A stretch of 64,000 nucleotides of DNA from Antedon mediterranea (lineage: Eukaryota > Animalia > Echinodermata), in assembly GCF_964355755.1 (NCBI RefSeq), contig NC_092678.1:20663365-20727364 (forward strand), given 5' to 3'. The notes under the pieces were generated by a model. It did no database searches, was not told the origin of the DNA, and worked only from the letters and a program-made list of their open reading frames with translations. The position numbers and the translations under genes were made by a program. Position 1 is the first letter of the stretch. Every line of letters starts with the position of its first letter. This document shows positions 1 to 13,029 of this stretch, in pieces.

Positions 1-237
1 TCCTCCCAAATCAGTGACACTTCAGTTTCAAATGAAAGCTTAGGTTAAGCAAATCTGAACACATTGCTGTTACGATGTAATTATAATATGACATTGCTGG
101 CGATACGAAAGCATAACTCAATGGATCTGAACATACCCATAGATTACACATGTAATTGAGTTTAAAGTTCGAACATACACTATGATTTTTTTCTAGAGGA
201 AAAATATCATTGTTTAAAATATTTTTCGTTTTTGCAG

Positions 238-3200
238 TGAAAATAATGAAGAGTACGAAGAGGTATCAAGAAATGAATACACAGCTGAATTGCAACAGTT
301 TGTTGTCACCCATAAGCCGGATATTGGCGCAACCATCCCGAACAACAGGCTACGAGCAAACATCACTGCCGTCGCTACGGTAAACAACGGCAGGAAGGGG
401 CTTGTTGCCAAGGAACGGATAACGGACAGGCAGACAATACTAGAGTATCATGGCAAAGTCATGTTTAAGAAGCAACTCCTGGCGCAGAATACGTTCTTTA
501 GAGGGTGAGTTTTCTCATTTGTAATGAGGAGCGAGTACTTTAAGCCTTGTCTACACTATCAAACTGTATGCGATAAAAAATTGTGATGTGCCCATATATG
601 GACATGATGGTGTCATATCACTACCATATTTAAGCGTATCACTACCAGATTATAGTACACACATACATATATACGACACATATTGGACACATCACACTTT
701 TTTTTCGTCAAACTAGTTTGATGTGTAGACAGAGCTTAAGTCTATTCTCACTCTTGGTTTGTTTTCATTGGTAAAATAATAATTATTATTTATGAGTAAA
801 GTGTATAAGTGGTACCATAAACAAAAATGTGATATCTACTTTTTGTTAGCCTAGCCTTAAGCCCTGTCTACACTATCAAACTTTATGCGACAAAAAACGT
901 GTGATGTGCCCATAAATATGATGATGTCATATCACTACCCCATATTTGGGCACATCACGTTTGTTTTGTGTCAAACTAGTTTGATATTGTAGACAGAGCT
1001 TTATGTTTAGACTCCTATGCATTTGTCCGCAACAAACGTTCTTTTAAATCCACTTCAGTACTTCAATTAGGATGTCATTTTTCTTTAATTCTTAGGGCAT
1101 TCTATAGGTATATACTCAACTACTCGCACTTTGCTAATGTTGATATTTGTATCGATTCGAGAGTTAGCGGAAACAAAGCAAGATACGTGAGGAGGTCGTG
1201 TTCCCCCAACTCACAGGTAAAATTGATTCAACATTATTTTTTGTTCCTGGTAAAGTAGTTATGTAATTAGTACAAAGGCAATCTAACAACAGGACATTGA
1301 GCTCGCTTTGTTACGATGGGAACTCGTAACAGTCCTTTGATCTTATGTCTGGCTGCGACAAATACCAACAGTTACTGTACAATTTACTGTACAATGTACA
1401 TTTTTTCCATGGCCCGCGGTGTCTGTTAAGGGTGTGGAATTAATCGTGTCACAGCCACAGATAAACCCTTTGATCTCCGGAGCTCAGCATCCTGCTGTTA
1501 GGATTGCCTTGGTCCTACATAGTTGTGCTAGTAAATTACCTAGTGTAAAGCTCTGTCTACACTATCAAACTAGTTTAATGTGCCCAAATTTATGGTAGTA
1601 ATATACCTAAATACGGTAGTGATATGACATAATGTCTATATATCGGCACATACTGATGTCATGTCACTACCATATTTGGACACATCACACTTTTATTGTA
1701 AAACTAGTTTTAAAGAGCTTTAAAGCTTTGGAAAACTTTATGTTTATATCCACACAACAATTTTTGTTGTGATTACCAAAAACTTTTTTTCTTTTAATTA
1801 ATGTTTATTGTTCAATTAGTCACTGTTTTTTTAATTATAAAGTTTGGCCTTTTGATCTATAGCATATCTATATATTTTACGAATGACGTAATAAATGAAT
1901 ATTCAATTGTAATTATTAATTCTTTTTACTTGTCGTAGGTTCTTCATACGACAGAGGGTGAACTGATCAGACTGTTTCTAGTCTCCAGTCAAGAAATATC
2001 TAAAGATTCTGAGGTTACAATAGCGTTTGATTTTAATTATAAAGAATGGTAAGAAATATCATCTAGCACATATTCTTTAAATTGATAGTCTTTTATTTGA
2101 TATGATTAGGTACACTGTTGCGCAAAATTTTTGTGAGTTGATTATTGTCTGGGTAAATTGTTCTCGGAATAAATACATTTCAATGGAATACAAATGAGCT
2201 TGTAGGCTGGTGCCCTCAAAAGTTTTTTCGATGAGCTGCATATAAACACCAAGCGTCATTTGTTAATGAAGTAGTTACCTTAGGCCATAATTGCCCTTTG
2301 ACCTAGCCAATATTTGTAGGCAAAATGTTCACTGCTGGAGATAGTCCTTGCGCATTTTCCAATTCCTATTTTCTGAAGTTATTTTACCGTTTTGCAGTAC
2401 TTGGAATCTCTTGATTCCTATATATCTATCCTCTTTTTTTTGTCTTCCAGTTCTTTTATTGCCATTTGTTTTTTCCATTTATTGTCGTTCTTTTTATGTG
2501 TATTTTTCATCTCCGTTTCATTTCTTTTAATAAATTAATTAAAGTGTACATCTAAGATATTCTAAAATATTTTGCATTTTTCAGCCCTTTCCCTGTAGAG
2601 TGTGCATGTGGTAAAAAGAACTGCCCCATACGGAAATACCAAAAACATCGACATGATAGCGATGGCAAACGGAAGAATCAAAAGAATAACCATATAAAGA
2701 AGGATGATTCAAACTCGTGCGGTACCCAATCTGCTCCTGTGTCTGGACGTAGGAGGACCGTCTCTCCTCTGAGGGTGTCCCTGTCAAACCAACTTCAGGC
2801 AAGTGCCCGAAACTTGATATGCTTAAATATGCTAGTAATATGTTTAAATATGCTAGTGATATGCTTAAATATGCTAGTGATATGCTTAAATATGCTAGTG
2901 ATATACTTAAATATTGGTAGTGATATGCTTAAATATGGTAGTGATATGCTTAAATATGGTAGTGATATGCTTAAATATGGTAGTGATATGCTTAAATATG
3001 GTTGTGTTATGACACCATCATGTCCATATATAGGCACGTCACATTTTTTTGTCACATAAAGTTTGATAGTGTAGACAAGCCTTTATACAATGAAGTGGAT
3101 ATCTTATTAAGCAGACACTTTCCTGTGAAAAGAATACGAGCAAGACATGTTTACACTGTGGCCCATTTACACTTTATTTGGTCCTGATGATGTCCCCTTA

Positions 3201-6200
3201 ATAGGTGTTCCACTGTAACACAAAACTAGGCTTATAATAATAATAATATTGAACATTTATAAAGCGCTCTTTACCAGAGTCTCACAGCGCAATATGAAAA
3301 ATATTACTATTGAAATAGGTGAGTTTTCACGTAATAAAATTATCACCTAAAAGAGGTTGGCTGCATATTGAGATAGTACTTTATTATATTACTGTGTTGC
3401 CATGGCAATATATTATGCTGCCATAGCAACGTTATTTAATAGTACAATACTTGTCAATTACTGAAACAGTAGTATTGTGAAGCACCAAATTGATTTAGAA
3501 TTTTATTTCAAAATGCTAATAGGAAAAAAAACAATCAATACTTTGTTATCAATTATTTGTTGGCTTAATTCAAGTAAAAATGTTTTAGTCTTAACGACTA
3601 TTTCAGTCAAAGATGCTCTCCAGGTGGAATGCCATCCTGAGATGAGTAGTAGTACTAATAAGTACAGTTTTCTTTTTTTTAAAAATTAATTTATAAGTAA
3701 TTTTACTTTCTATGGACCAGAGAATCTGAATAAAAGATTGAATGGATGACTGAAAAAGATAGAGTATATACCATACTTATTTTTGTGTCCATATTATATA
3801 ATAACCTAGATCCTAAATTAATTTTATTTTCAAAACAGCTTAAACATCCAGTTCTATTTGTATTGTGAATACTTGGCCTTTGATTTTTCAAAATGAATTT
3901 CAGCTGTGTTGCAATATGAGCTTCTCATGTGATCTTTATGTCCGTTCACTTTCATTTTGTGGACGTGAAACGGAAAGCAATAATCATATATGTATAGTTA
4001 TTAATGAACTATTGACACATAGCTTAGCTTCAATGCTAAAGGCCAAAACATTCTGAATATGTAAGAAAATGAGATAATAATAATAATAAACAGGTAGAGT
4101 AGAGTAAAATATAAAAGTTGTAAAAAGCGTTAATTCATTAGCTATTTGTTAGTACATTAATAAAGTATAGTTCTATACAAATAAGTTGTATTGCTATTAA
4201 CCTCTGTCTACTCTATCAAAATGTTTGTGATAAAAAAAAATGTAATGTGTCCATATATGGACATGATGATGTCTATCTGATAGGACAGTGATTAATTTAC
4301 TATTGGTAATCCTTGGCCACATGTGGCTAAATTCATTTAAAAAAATGTAAAAATTAATGTTTCTGTGTATTAAATTTTAAATTTCAGAATTCGGTTATTG
4401 AAGACATCACTCCAACTAAGATGACGGAAGAGGAGACGCAGGCGGACGTGGATGTCGAGACGGAGGAGAACCAACCGGAAAGCAGTCGTAAGCTGACGCG
4501 GGAGGAACGCAAGATGGAGGCAATCATGAAAGCGTTTGAGAAAATGGAAAGGACCCAAAAGCGACGGCAGCAGGCGCTGGACAGGCTAGCGGTTGCGAAA
4601 GACACCGAGAGCAGTCAAGCGAAGACAAAGACATTGGAAGAAGAAAGTACAGATAGTAATCTAATTTTACAGGTTAGTTTGATTGCTTTGATGGTTAAAA
4701 ATCATCACTCCAACCTTCCCATTTTTTTTTCTCCACCCCAGTTTTTAAATGTAGTTTAAAACCTGGGTAACCAAAGTACAATGGGTGTGTACTTATAGAT
4801 AGATTGTGTTTCACTTTCTTTTGGGGAGGGAAGGGGTTGCCCCAATCGTTTGAACATTTTAATTGGTGTGGTAGTGATAACAATTCAAGGTTTGATACCT
4901 TTCTCAGAGGCCACTCTCTCAAACACTATCGAGAACATCAAAATCGAGGCACAACACCAACGGAAGAGAAAATTTTTTGATACAAATAGACAAATGGAAC
5001 GCACTACCGCTATAGACAGTACCACTATAAATAATTTCAAACAATCATATGACATTAACATATTCAAGAGCGGAAGCCGTCAAATACGAGTATTATCTCC
5101 TGATTCACTTAAAGGTAAGATCACGTAAATGTAAGAACTTTATATATATTTTTGTCTTTTCTAGGTTGATCAACCTACAGATGACATCGCTAAATCAAAT
5201 CTACCACAACAAACAGTAGAAACACAATCAATCAATTTAGTAGCCAAACTTCCAGCTCCCAAAAGGTATCATTTTGATATGTATAGTGTCTTTTTATACC
5301 AACTAAAGCCTTGTCTACACTATCAAACTTTATGTGACAAAAAACAATTTGATGTACCCATATATTGACATGATGATGTCATGTCACTACCGTATTTGGG
5401 CACATCACACTTTTTTGTCAAACTATTTTGATAGTTTAGACAGGGCTTAACAGCAATATACTTAAGCAAAATACATTGATTGTATGCAAACAGACAGGTC
5501 TTGTATCCAATTTTATCTTTGAATTATTATTTTATTTCAGACGAAAGAAGAGGTATAATAGCACACCAAGGAGGTATGTCAAATGTTTATTTAATTACAG
5601 TAGAACCTGTGTTTTACGTACCCTGATTTTACGTTCCCTCGATTTTACGTACGCTTAAAATAACCGATGACGTCATCATTTTCTTACATTGAGGGCGCAA
5701 TTTAACAACAACAAAGCACACAAAGTCACAATCATGGCTGTGTCTATTCTGCTGTTGTTGTTGTCTGTGGGACAAGCTACGCACGTGCATTCCCCCTAAA
5801 GCAGCGACTGTTTTTATTGATAGATAACAATTATATTTTACACTTTATTTAAACATCGTACAGCCTGTATATACTGTACTTGTCTAGTTAGGCCTCACAT
5901 CTTGCTAGGCCTGCTAGCCTAGCCTGAATATTCTAGGCAAGGCCTAGCTAGTGACCACCTGCATACTGTACAGAAGTAGGCAAATACGGCTACCTACGAT
6001 CTCTACGTATTTGGGGTCAATTTAAGGTCAACCTTGATTTTACGAATCCCTTGTTTTACGTACGCCTTTCGGTCCCGTACCGTACGTAAAATGGAGGTTC
6101 TACTGTATTTAAAAATTTTGGTAATTTAATTTAATAATAAAACCATGGATTTACAGTAACACATACAAACAGTGAATAAAACAAAAACAGTGGAGAAAAC

Positions 6201-9200
6201 AATGTAACCAACAAACAAAAATAGTGGAGAAAACAATATAGCAAACAAACAATGGAGGAAACAGTTTAACAAACAAACAAAAACTGGAGAAAACAATATA
6301 GCAAACAAACAATGGAGGAAACAATTTAACAAACATACAAACAAAAACTGGAGAAAACAATATAGCAAACAAACAATGGAGGAAACAATTTAACAAACAT
6401 ACAAACAAAAACTGGAGAAAACAATATAGCAAACACACAGTGGAGGAAACAATTTAACAAACATACAAACAAAAACAGTTTAGTAAACAATGTAACAAAC
6501 AAACAGTGGAGGAAACAATTTAACAAACATACAATCAAAAACAGTGAAGTAACCAATGTAACAAACAAGTAAAAAGTTGAGTAAACAATAAAACATTTTT
6601 TTATAGGAGAACAAGAAACAACAGTGCTGCATCAATTATCAGTACAGAGATTAAACCTTTGGAACAGTCGTTTTCAAGTTTCTCGGCCGCACCTGTAGCA
6701 AGTACGCCACCACTGTTCCCAAGCATCAGTAGTCCAGCCAGGACGCATGGCGTCACTACTGTACATAACAATAACAACGATCGTCTGTTACCGTTAATAT
6801 CACCGGTTACTTGCAACAGCAAACATTTTAAGTTTCCAAAGACTAAAAAGGTAATCAATTAAACTATCCATTTATTTCCATTCTTCACTTTTGAGAAATA
6901 AATCCAATAATATAGTGTATTACATTTTTTTTTAAAGACCAATGAAACAAATTTGTTTTTTGTCTTGCAGTTGTTTTTAAATGAATGGTTAAACGAGAAA
7001 GCCCAAGAAGCTTGTGCGGATAATCCTCTTTCAATATCCACGGATCTTGTCGATATGGTCGACTCGGCCTCACCGAATTCGTATGCGCATTCTCATTTGG
7101 CGCGATCCAATAGTCTATCTGCCCTCGCTGCCAAGTCTGGTCCGGAAGCAAGTTTAGGGTCTGCAAAAAAGGTACGATTTGTTTAGAACATTAAAAATAA
7201 TTTTATAGTTAGGTAGGTGCCAACAACAGACTTTATATTAAAGGTTTGCATGGCAAATGAACGCTAGTAAAGTTAATTTTCTGTAAACTTCTGAAGAATT
7301 GGGTTGTAGAAGTAAGGTGTAGCATAACAACATTCAGGGCTGTAGCCACAATTGTGGTTGGTAAGGTTTCAATCCGACCAATTTTTCAGAGGCCTTTGAC
7401 AACCCAGTGGCTTAAACAGAAATTGTTACCACTTTTTTTTTTTGGTGGCTACATTACTGACCTTGCATATTTATTCAGCAATGTAGTTTAATATTCACCT
7501 TTGTTCTAATTGTAGAGATGGCTTCGGCTAGCTATGAACGAGGCTGGGGGAGTGGGAGGAGGTGACTCGCCTGTGGGCAGTGGAGCACTTAGTCCTAGTG
7601 GCATAGTGGCAGGCTCAGCAATATCACCTAAGAATGGTAAGTAGTGTTTAGACAAGTACACCAACCTTCCAGGGGGCACTTTGCAGTCTCCGAAATCACT
7701 TTGGCCTAGCTTTAAACTATCATAGATTTATACTATGGTATTTTTCTTATTTCTCTTGGATACAATTACACGATTAAAAAAAATTATTTCGTTTAAAAAT
7801 GATCACTCCGGGTTGGTGCAGTTTATAGCATCCTAGGGCACACTTTGTACCCTCCAAAGTCACTTGGGCCTAGCTTTAAACTATCGTAGATTTATACTAT
7901 GGTATTTTTCTTATTTCTCTTGGATACAATTACACGATTAAAAAAAATTATTTCGTTTAAAAATGATCACTCCGGGTTGGTGCAGTTTATAGCATCCCAG
8001 GGCACACTTTGTACCCTCCAAAGTCACTTGGGCCTAGCTTTAAACTATCGTAGATTTATACTATAATTTTAATTTATAAATTTTCTTTAGATACAATCAC
8101 ACCATTGAAAAAACGATGGCTAAGAATATCAGTAAATGATGAGCAGTCTGGTACAGTTGGCAGTGCCGCAACATCAGCGTCGTCTTCCCCCTTGCACCCA
8201 TCCTCGGAAACCGATTATGTACCACCCTCTACATCAGCAGTGCTTAACGTCGATATCAAACCCGACATAAGCGTGGCAGATAATCTGCTTACGACCGTTT
8301 CATCTTCTTCATTGACGGAAACAGTTTCAGGAGAACCAAAGGAAGAGCCAAAAGAAATTAATAGCCAGTTAGATGTTGTAAATGAAATTGAAGGTACCGT
8401 ACAGCCAAAGTGTGAATTACAGGAAGTGTGTCAACGACCTCATCAAGTAAGTTCATATTTGCGTCACTGAGACATAATTCAATCACAGACAGTTTTTTCG
8501 CGGTTATCTAATCCAAATCTAGATGCTTTCGTACCAAAAAGTCTCCGCTCTTTTTCAACAGGCCCCCTTAATCCTTAACGAAAACCTTGCACCCATTTCA
8601 CAAAGCCAAACATTAACTTAGCTTGTATATGCCTCTGAGCTGAAACCAGTTGTAAATTTTCACAATTTTGTTGCCTCCCATTAATCTTTTGCTTTTTGTC
8701 CGTAATCATAACATTTATCTATTACCTATACATGTTAAAACTACTAATGTGATTGAGCTTATGTTTATATAACTGATTGTGTGCTGTGTTTTAATGTGCT
8801 TGTTTTTGTCTCTAGCTCATTCTATCTACCACTCAAGATGCCTGTGACCCTTTTAGGCCCCACCCCCTTGCATTGCCAGCTAAAAAGGTTAGCAGATCAA
8901 ATTAAATTTTCTCTCTCTAACATTAATTACTAACAATTTAATATGATTCATGATCATGCACCAACATATTTGTATTCAAAAAATCTGCTATAAATAACAA
9001 TAACAATTGATAATCTAGGGTCCATGGCATCATCTTAGCTTATAAATAGTGAAAAATCCTTCCTTAAATTTTTTTTTTCTGTATTATTACTGCTGATAAT
9101 TTTACAATTATAGTTTGTTCAATAGTGGGGCTGTACCTTGGTGGTTAACGTACTTGCCTTCCAATCCCAAGGTCCAGTATTGTAATCCTGACCTAGTGCC

Positions 9201-12200
9201 AGGGTTGTAACTCTTTTAACTCCACTCCCTAAGCCTCAAATGAGACTTAGTTTATAAGCACGATAAATTATGAAATAGTTTATCCATCGTGTAATTGGCG
9301 AGTTTGTGTAAAAATTTTTTTTTTTTTTAAACTGTTGTCAGCTATATTTTTTAATTAAATTCTAATTTTTATTTCAGGATTGTCGGAAGAATTCGTCAAT
9401 AGATAGTGGATTGTCTGTTACAACTCCGATGGAAATATCTGAAAATCTGAATTATTTTAACTCTGATAGTGTATATAGTATTGACCAAAATAAAGTTGTT
9501 AGCAGCTCTGAGAATAAGGTTGTTAATGTGCCAATTGACGGCAAACCCTCAACAACGCAGCTTGAGTCTGCCGTGAATAATGAACTCCTTACGGAGAAAA
9601 AGCCTTTAACTGAAGCTCTCCACATGCATTCCAAATATGACCAAAACAGGCCAAATGAACCTATAACACTAGAGACATCAGATCTCTCTGAAGGCAGGAC
9701 TGTAGCCAAAGTTGAACTTGATAAATCGACGTCTTCTTCACACACAACCATGTGTTCAATAGCGTCTGGAGATGCTTCACAAACTGATCCTCTTGGTAGA
9801 TCCGCTTCAGGTTTATCGGACCTCCAGCAGTCTTGGAGTTCTGTATCAGAATTTGCACAATCTAGTAATAGCATTAAAAGTCTGAATCTTATGGAAAAGG
9901 ACCATTTGAACTCTGATAACATTGGAAAAACAATCCATGGATTAGACTTTACAATTGCTTCGCAAAGAGCACGCCATTTGTCCAGCTCCAGTGCAGTCAG
10001 CTGCCCCAATACGATCAGGACGTTAAATTTTGAATCGGCACAAAGGATTGGGACGGAATCTGCACGAAGTTCTCTTGATGACCAAATAGGACCACAGAGT
10101 TACGCTTCTCCTAAAAAACGTGCTCTCCTTTTAATGCGGGATTCGGAGAACTTGCTGACGCAATTTTCAGCTGGATGGCGCGATAGCTTGTCGGATGCAA
10201 CAGAAAATGAAAATAAAATGCTAACAAATAATTTAGGCGAGAAAGAGAATAGTGGTAAGCTTTTATCAACAACTGGTGCTTCTCTGGACGCTAGTACTGG
10301 ACCTAGATTGCCAAGTGGTCAGTCTTCAGGCCTAACTGCAGGCAGTGTGCCGCTTCCGGTATCTAATCCCGCGGGAAGTGTTATTGTACCGCAAACTGTA
10401 CCTTCTGAAACTGTTCATGGACCACAACCTGCACTCCATTCTACAGGCAGTGCTCCACAACAAAACGCTGGACAAGTAACACCAGCCACCACTGGTTTAC
10501 AGACTCCTGGTATGCTAGGACTCCAGCAAACCATTAATAGTGGAATGCTAGCACAGACATCGCCACAACCTCTAGGGAGTTCTAACACTCCCCCATTGGT
10601 GCAGGCTGGTGGACTGACATCAACGGATGGTGTACTGCCAACTGGTGGCCAATCACCAGTAGCAGTACCTGCTGTGAAGAAAAAGGTTTGTATACACTAT
10701 GAGTTCTAAGTCTTATAAGTAACTCTGTTAGAAACAGCTGTATAATTCTGTGTCTATACTTTCTATACTGTATTAGAATATTTGCGTACATAGAAGTTCT
10801 GTAGTTTGAGGCTATGTTCTATACTGTATTAATTAAAGGTGTCTACCCCTTGTTTAGCGTATTACAAGATTACACTGACATCTTCCAAAGTAGTCAAATT
10901 CTTGCCTGTCCATGCAATGATGGGTAGGGCCAATGCTTTGGTAAAGAAAATAATTTATCTCATAATTTTAAATTGAATTCTATTACTACTAAATTCAGTT
11001 CGAATGAGATTAACTTACATTTTTGTACCCCTGTTTAATAAGGATTGTAGACTGTATATTTTATTGTGATATCTGAACTTTTTGCTTGTAGTTGATGTGG
11101 CACATTAGTTGACATGCTTACATACAACAAGTGACTGGGTTCGGGTCTTGTCATAGTACCAAACAAGTTTTTTATTTATTACCAATCGCAACACACTGTT
11201 ATGTTCGAAACGGAAGCATCATTTGTTTTAATATTACTTTATTGTACTACAGGTGTCACTGTGTGAGTATCGAAAACGCAAGATAACGACAAAGCCGATG
11301 CAAACATCCTCCGAGCCTTCAACGCCGGTCAAATCTATAACGTCATCTTTAAGCAAATCGTCTGATAGTACACCTGTAAAGGCACCAGCGACACTGCCCA
11401 CCTTACCTCTGTTTGATACACCTCCGCCAGTGGAAAAGGACATGACGGGGAAGGGACTACGCTTAAGCACGGAAGCCGAAAAGGCTATTTCTTCGTTCAC
11501 ATCGTTATTGAAAGATACCGGCGAGGTTGAGACCAAGAGGTGGGTAACATTCAACTATTACACGATTTTAAGCAGAAATTTATCAGTTAGACAAAATAAA
11601 TACTCCTATATTTTTTTCTTGTTTACTTAGGCCATCTGCACCTGCAGAGAGTGCTGTTAGTCAGTATAAGGGGTTGAGCGAGAAAATGTCTCGTATCGGT
11701 CCTAACCACAGTTTAAAGCGTGCACGTTCACCTGAGCCTCCGCCTCCACCGCCAAACAAGAAGCCTACATTGCAGCTGCACATACCGCCCCCTCCTCCTC
11801 CAAAAACGAAGGCAGATCCAAGAGGTAAGAATGATTATTTAATAATGGGTGAGTCGGATAGGGCTAAACAAACATATTGCACCACAGTGACAAAATACAG
11901 TATTTATTGCGTTTTTCTTTATGTATTCAGTGTAGCTTGTGATAATCATGATAGGCTTACGCCTATTTCTCGATATAAAAGACATCTTCAATTAATGCTG
12001 TGCAGGGAGACATAACCAAACGAAATAACATAGCGCGGCGAACATATTTTCGGAGGACAAGTTATTCTTTTCTTAAACGGACGGTCGTATGGACATTATT
12101 TTCACTGTAAAATTTTCTTAAAAGCACTAAATGATTTTTTTTCATATAAAAATTGATTTATGTTATTTCGCTGCACAGCATTGAACCGATCGAAGATGTT

Positions 12201-12980
12201 CTCCGTATCGTGAAAACTGCGTATTGTCAGAGTTTTTGCATCATTTTAATTTGTAAACATTTTGTCATCATACAGTTGCCTTTAATAGTGCAGATTCTAC
12301 ACCTCCATTTGGCAGACATAACAGTTATCAAGCTAGTCCAGTGGCGTCTGCTGCGACGCGGAACAATCCAGTGATTCAAATGTATCAACAACAGGTTAGT
12401 AAATGTATTATCTCACTAGCCCAGGGCTTGAGCTTGTTGATTTTGTACTAGCCCAAGGCATAAGCTGGTATGTTTAGTACTTGCCCGGTGTAAAACTACT
12501 AAAGGAAAAGTCCTGTTTCAAAAGACTGATATGTATACTGCTGGTTGAAATTTAAAAAGCTTTCTTTTTGTAATAAGCAGAATGATATTTGTATATTGTA
12601 ATGTTTTTTCTATTTTGTAGGGTCAACAGTTTCACGCAGCATCATCCTCATCACCCAGAGGCCACCAGACCAGCTTGAATTTTCCTGTAAAGCCATCTCA
12701 TCCAAGCCCAGTCAACTCGACCCAGCCTAGCACATACCCGGGCTACCACGAGCAAGGCACTCCCACACCAAAACACCCAGGTCATCCCCCTTCACAGCAG
12801 TACTATGGTGATGGTTATCAGTTGTATCCGCAGCAGACGTCAAACGTACCGCCACCACCAGCTGCTCCTCAGGGTGTGAACTTTCAACAGCAACAGCGTC
12901 CTCAACTCGCAAAGCCACCGTTTCCAAAGCAAGCCTACGGCCATAGTTACTCTCCACGACGTGGGTATTACAAATCGTAG
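238..12980 (+). CDS. KMT2E: KMT2E (MLL5)/SETD5/UpSET-family SET-domain protein, 5'-incomplete, multi-exon
   Basis: Phase-consistent exons: 238-504, 1096-1216, 1939-2048, 2585-2798 (GC donor), 4388-4672, 5165-5265, 5541-5573, 6607-6850, 6971-7171, 7516-7636, 8091-8446, 8816-8887, 9378-10685, 11253-11539, 11631-11824, 12276-12394, 12621-12980 (TAG). The SET domain reads ILEYHGKV...CIDSRVSGNKARYVRRSCSPNSQV...EVTIAFDFNY, then post-SET ECACGKKNCP. RRSC replaces catalytic NHSC, as is typical of this family. Family motifs: SPLRVSLSN, LTREERKMEAIMKAFEKME, FPKTKKLFLNEWLNEK, KKRWLR, KKKVSLCEYRKRK; Pro/Gln-rich tail. Invertebrates have one co-ortholog of KMT2E and SETD5. Confidence 0.9.
543..736. mobile_element. 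PIF/Harbinger (Tourist-like) MITE, family A
   Basis: TIRs AGCYYTGTCTACACTATCAAAC...GTTTGATAGTGTAGACAGAGCT with TTA/TAA flanks. The family recurs throughout the window. Confidence 0.8.
860..1000. mobile_element. Harbinger MITE, family A
   Basis: Same TIRs; perfect TTA target-site duplication on both sides. Confidence 0.8.
1549..1720. mobile_element. Harbinger MITE, family A (degenerate right end)
   Basis: Left TIR AGCTCTGTCTACACTATCAAAC plus family-A internal sequence. Confidence 0.65.
2804..3082 (-). mobile_element. Family A MITE with an internally expanded 21-bp minisatellite
   Basis: About 9 copies of GTGATATGCTTAAATATG(G/C)TA (2815-3002), followed by family-A body and TIR TTTGATAGTGTAGACAAGCCT. 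The left TIR is missing. Confidence 0.75.
5307..5447. mobile_element. Harbinger MITE, family A
   Basis: Both TIRs present; TAA target-site duplication. Confidence 0.8.
5598..6105. mobile_element. pogo/Tigger-type (Tc1/mariner superfamily) non-autonomous element
   Basis: TA|CAGTAGAACCT...AGGTTCTACTG|TA termini with repeated subterminal TTTTACG(T) motifs at both ends. Confidence 0.8.
6160..6570. repeat. Intronic A/C-rich tandem repeat, unit about 60 bp
   Basis: About 6-7 copies of AAACAAAAACTGGAGAAAACAATATAGCAAACAAACAATGGAGGAAACAATTTAACAAACATAC. Confidence 0.85.
7670..8065. repeat. Intronic tandem duplication, about 164 bp x 2.4
   Basis: The block GGGCAC(A)CTTTG...GGCCTAGCTTTAAACTATC..TAGATTTATACTAT recurs at about 7673, 7836 and 8000. 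Confidence 0.85.
9125..9305 (+). mobile_element. Degenerate tRNA-derived SINE-like fragment
   Basis: Head GGGGCTGTACCTTGGTGGTTAACG...; a related copy lies at about 41283-41395 (shared GAGACTTAGTTTA..GCACGAT..TATCCATC.TGTAATTGG.GAGTT). Confidence 0.5.
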
Positions 12981-13029
12981 GAAACGGTTTGTGTATCTTT
13001 GTCTCACTGCAGCTGACCAGAATATTCTC

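Noticed and set aside
2739-3059. ORFs with LNMLVIC and SDMLKYG repeats
   Set aside because: Read-through from a real exon into a MITE-derived 21-bp repeat.
6126-6568. Hydrophobic Cys/Phe-rich minus-strand ORFs
   Set aside because: Translations of the 60-bp A/C-rich intronic tandem repeat.
9452-10009. 185-aa antisense ORF (also 4384-4605, 11234-11554, 23578-23847)
   Set aside because: Shadows of real plus-strand exons with no independent motifs.
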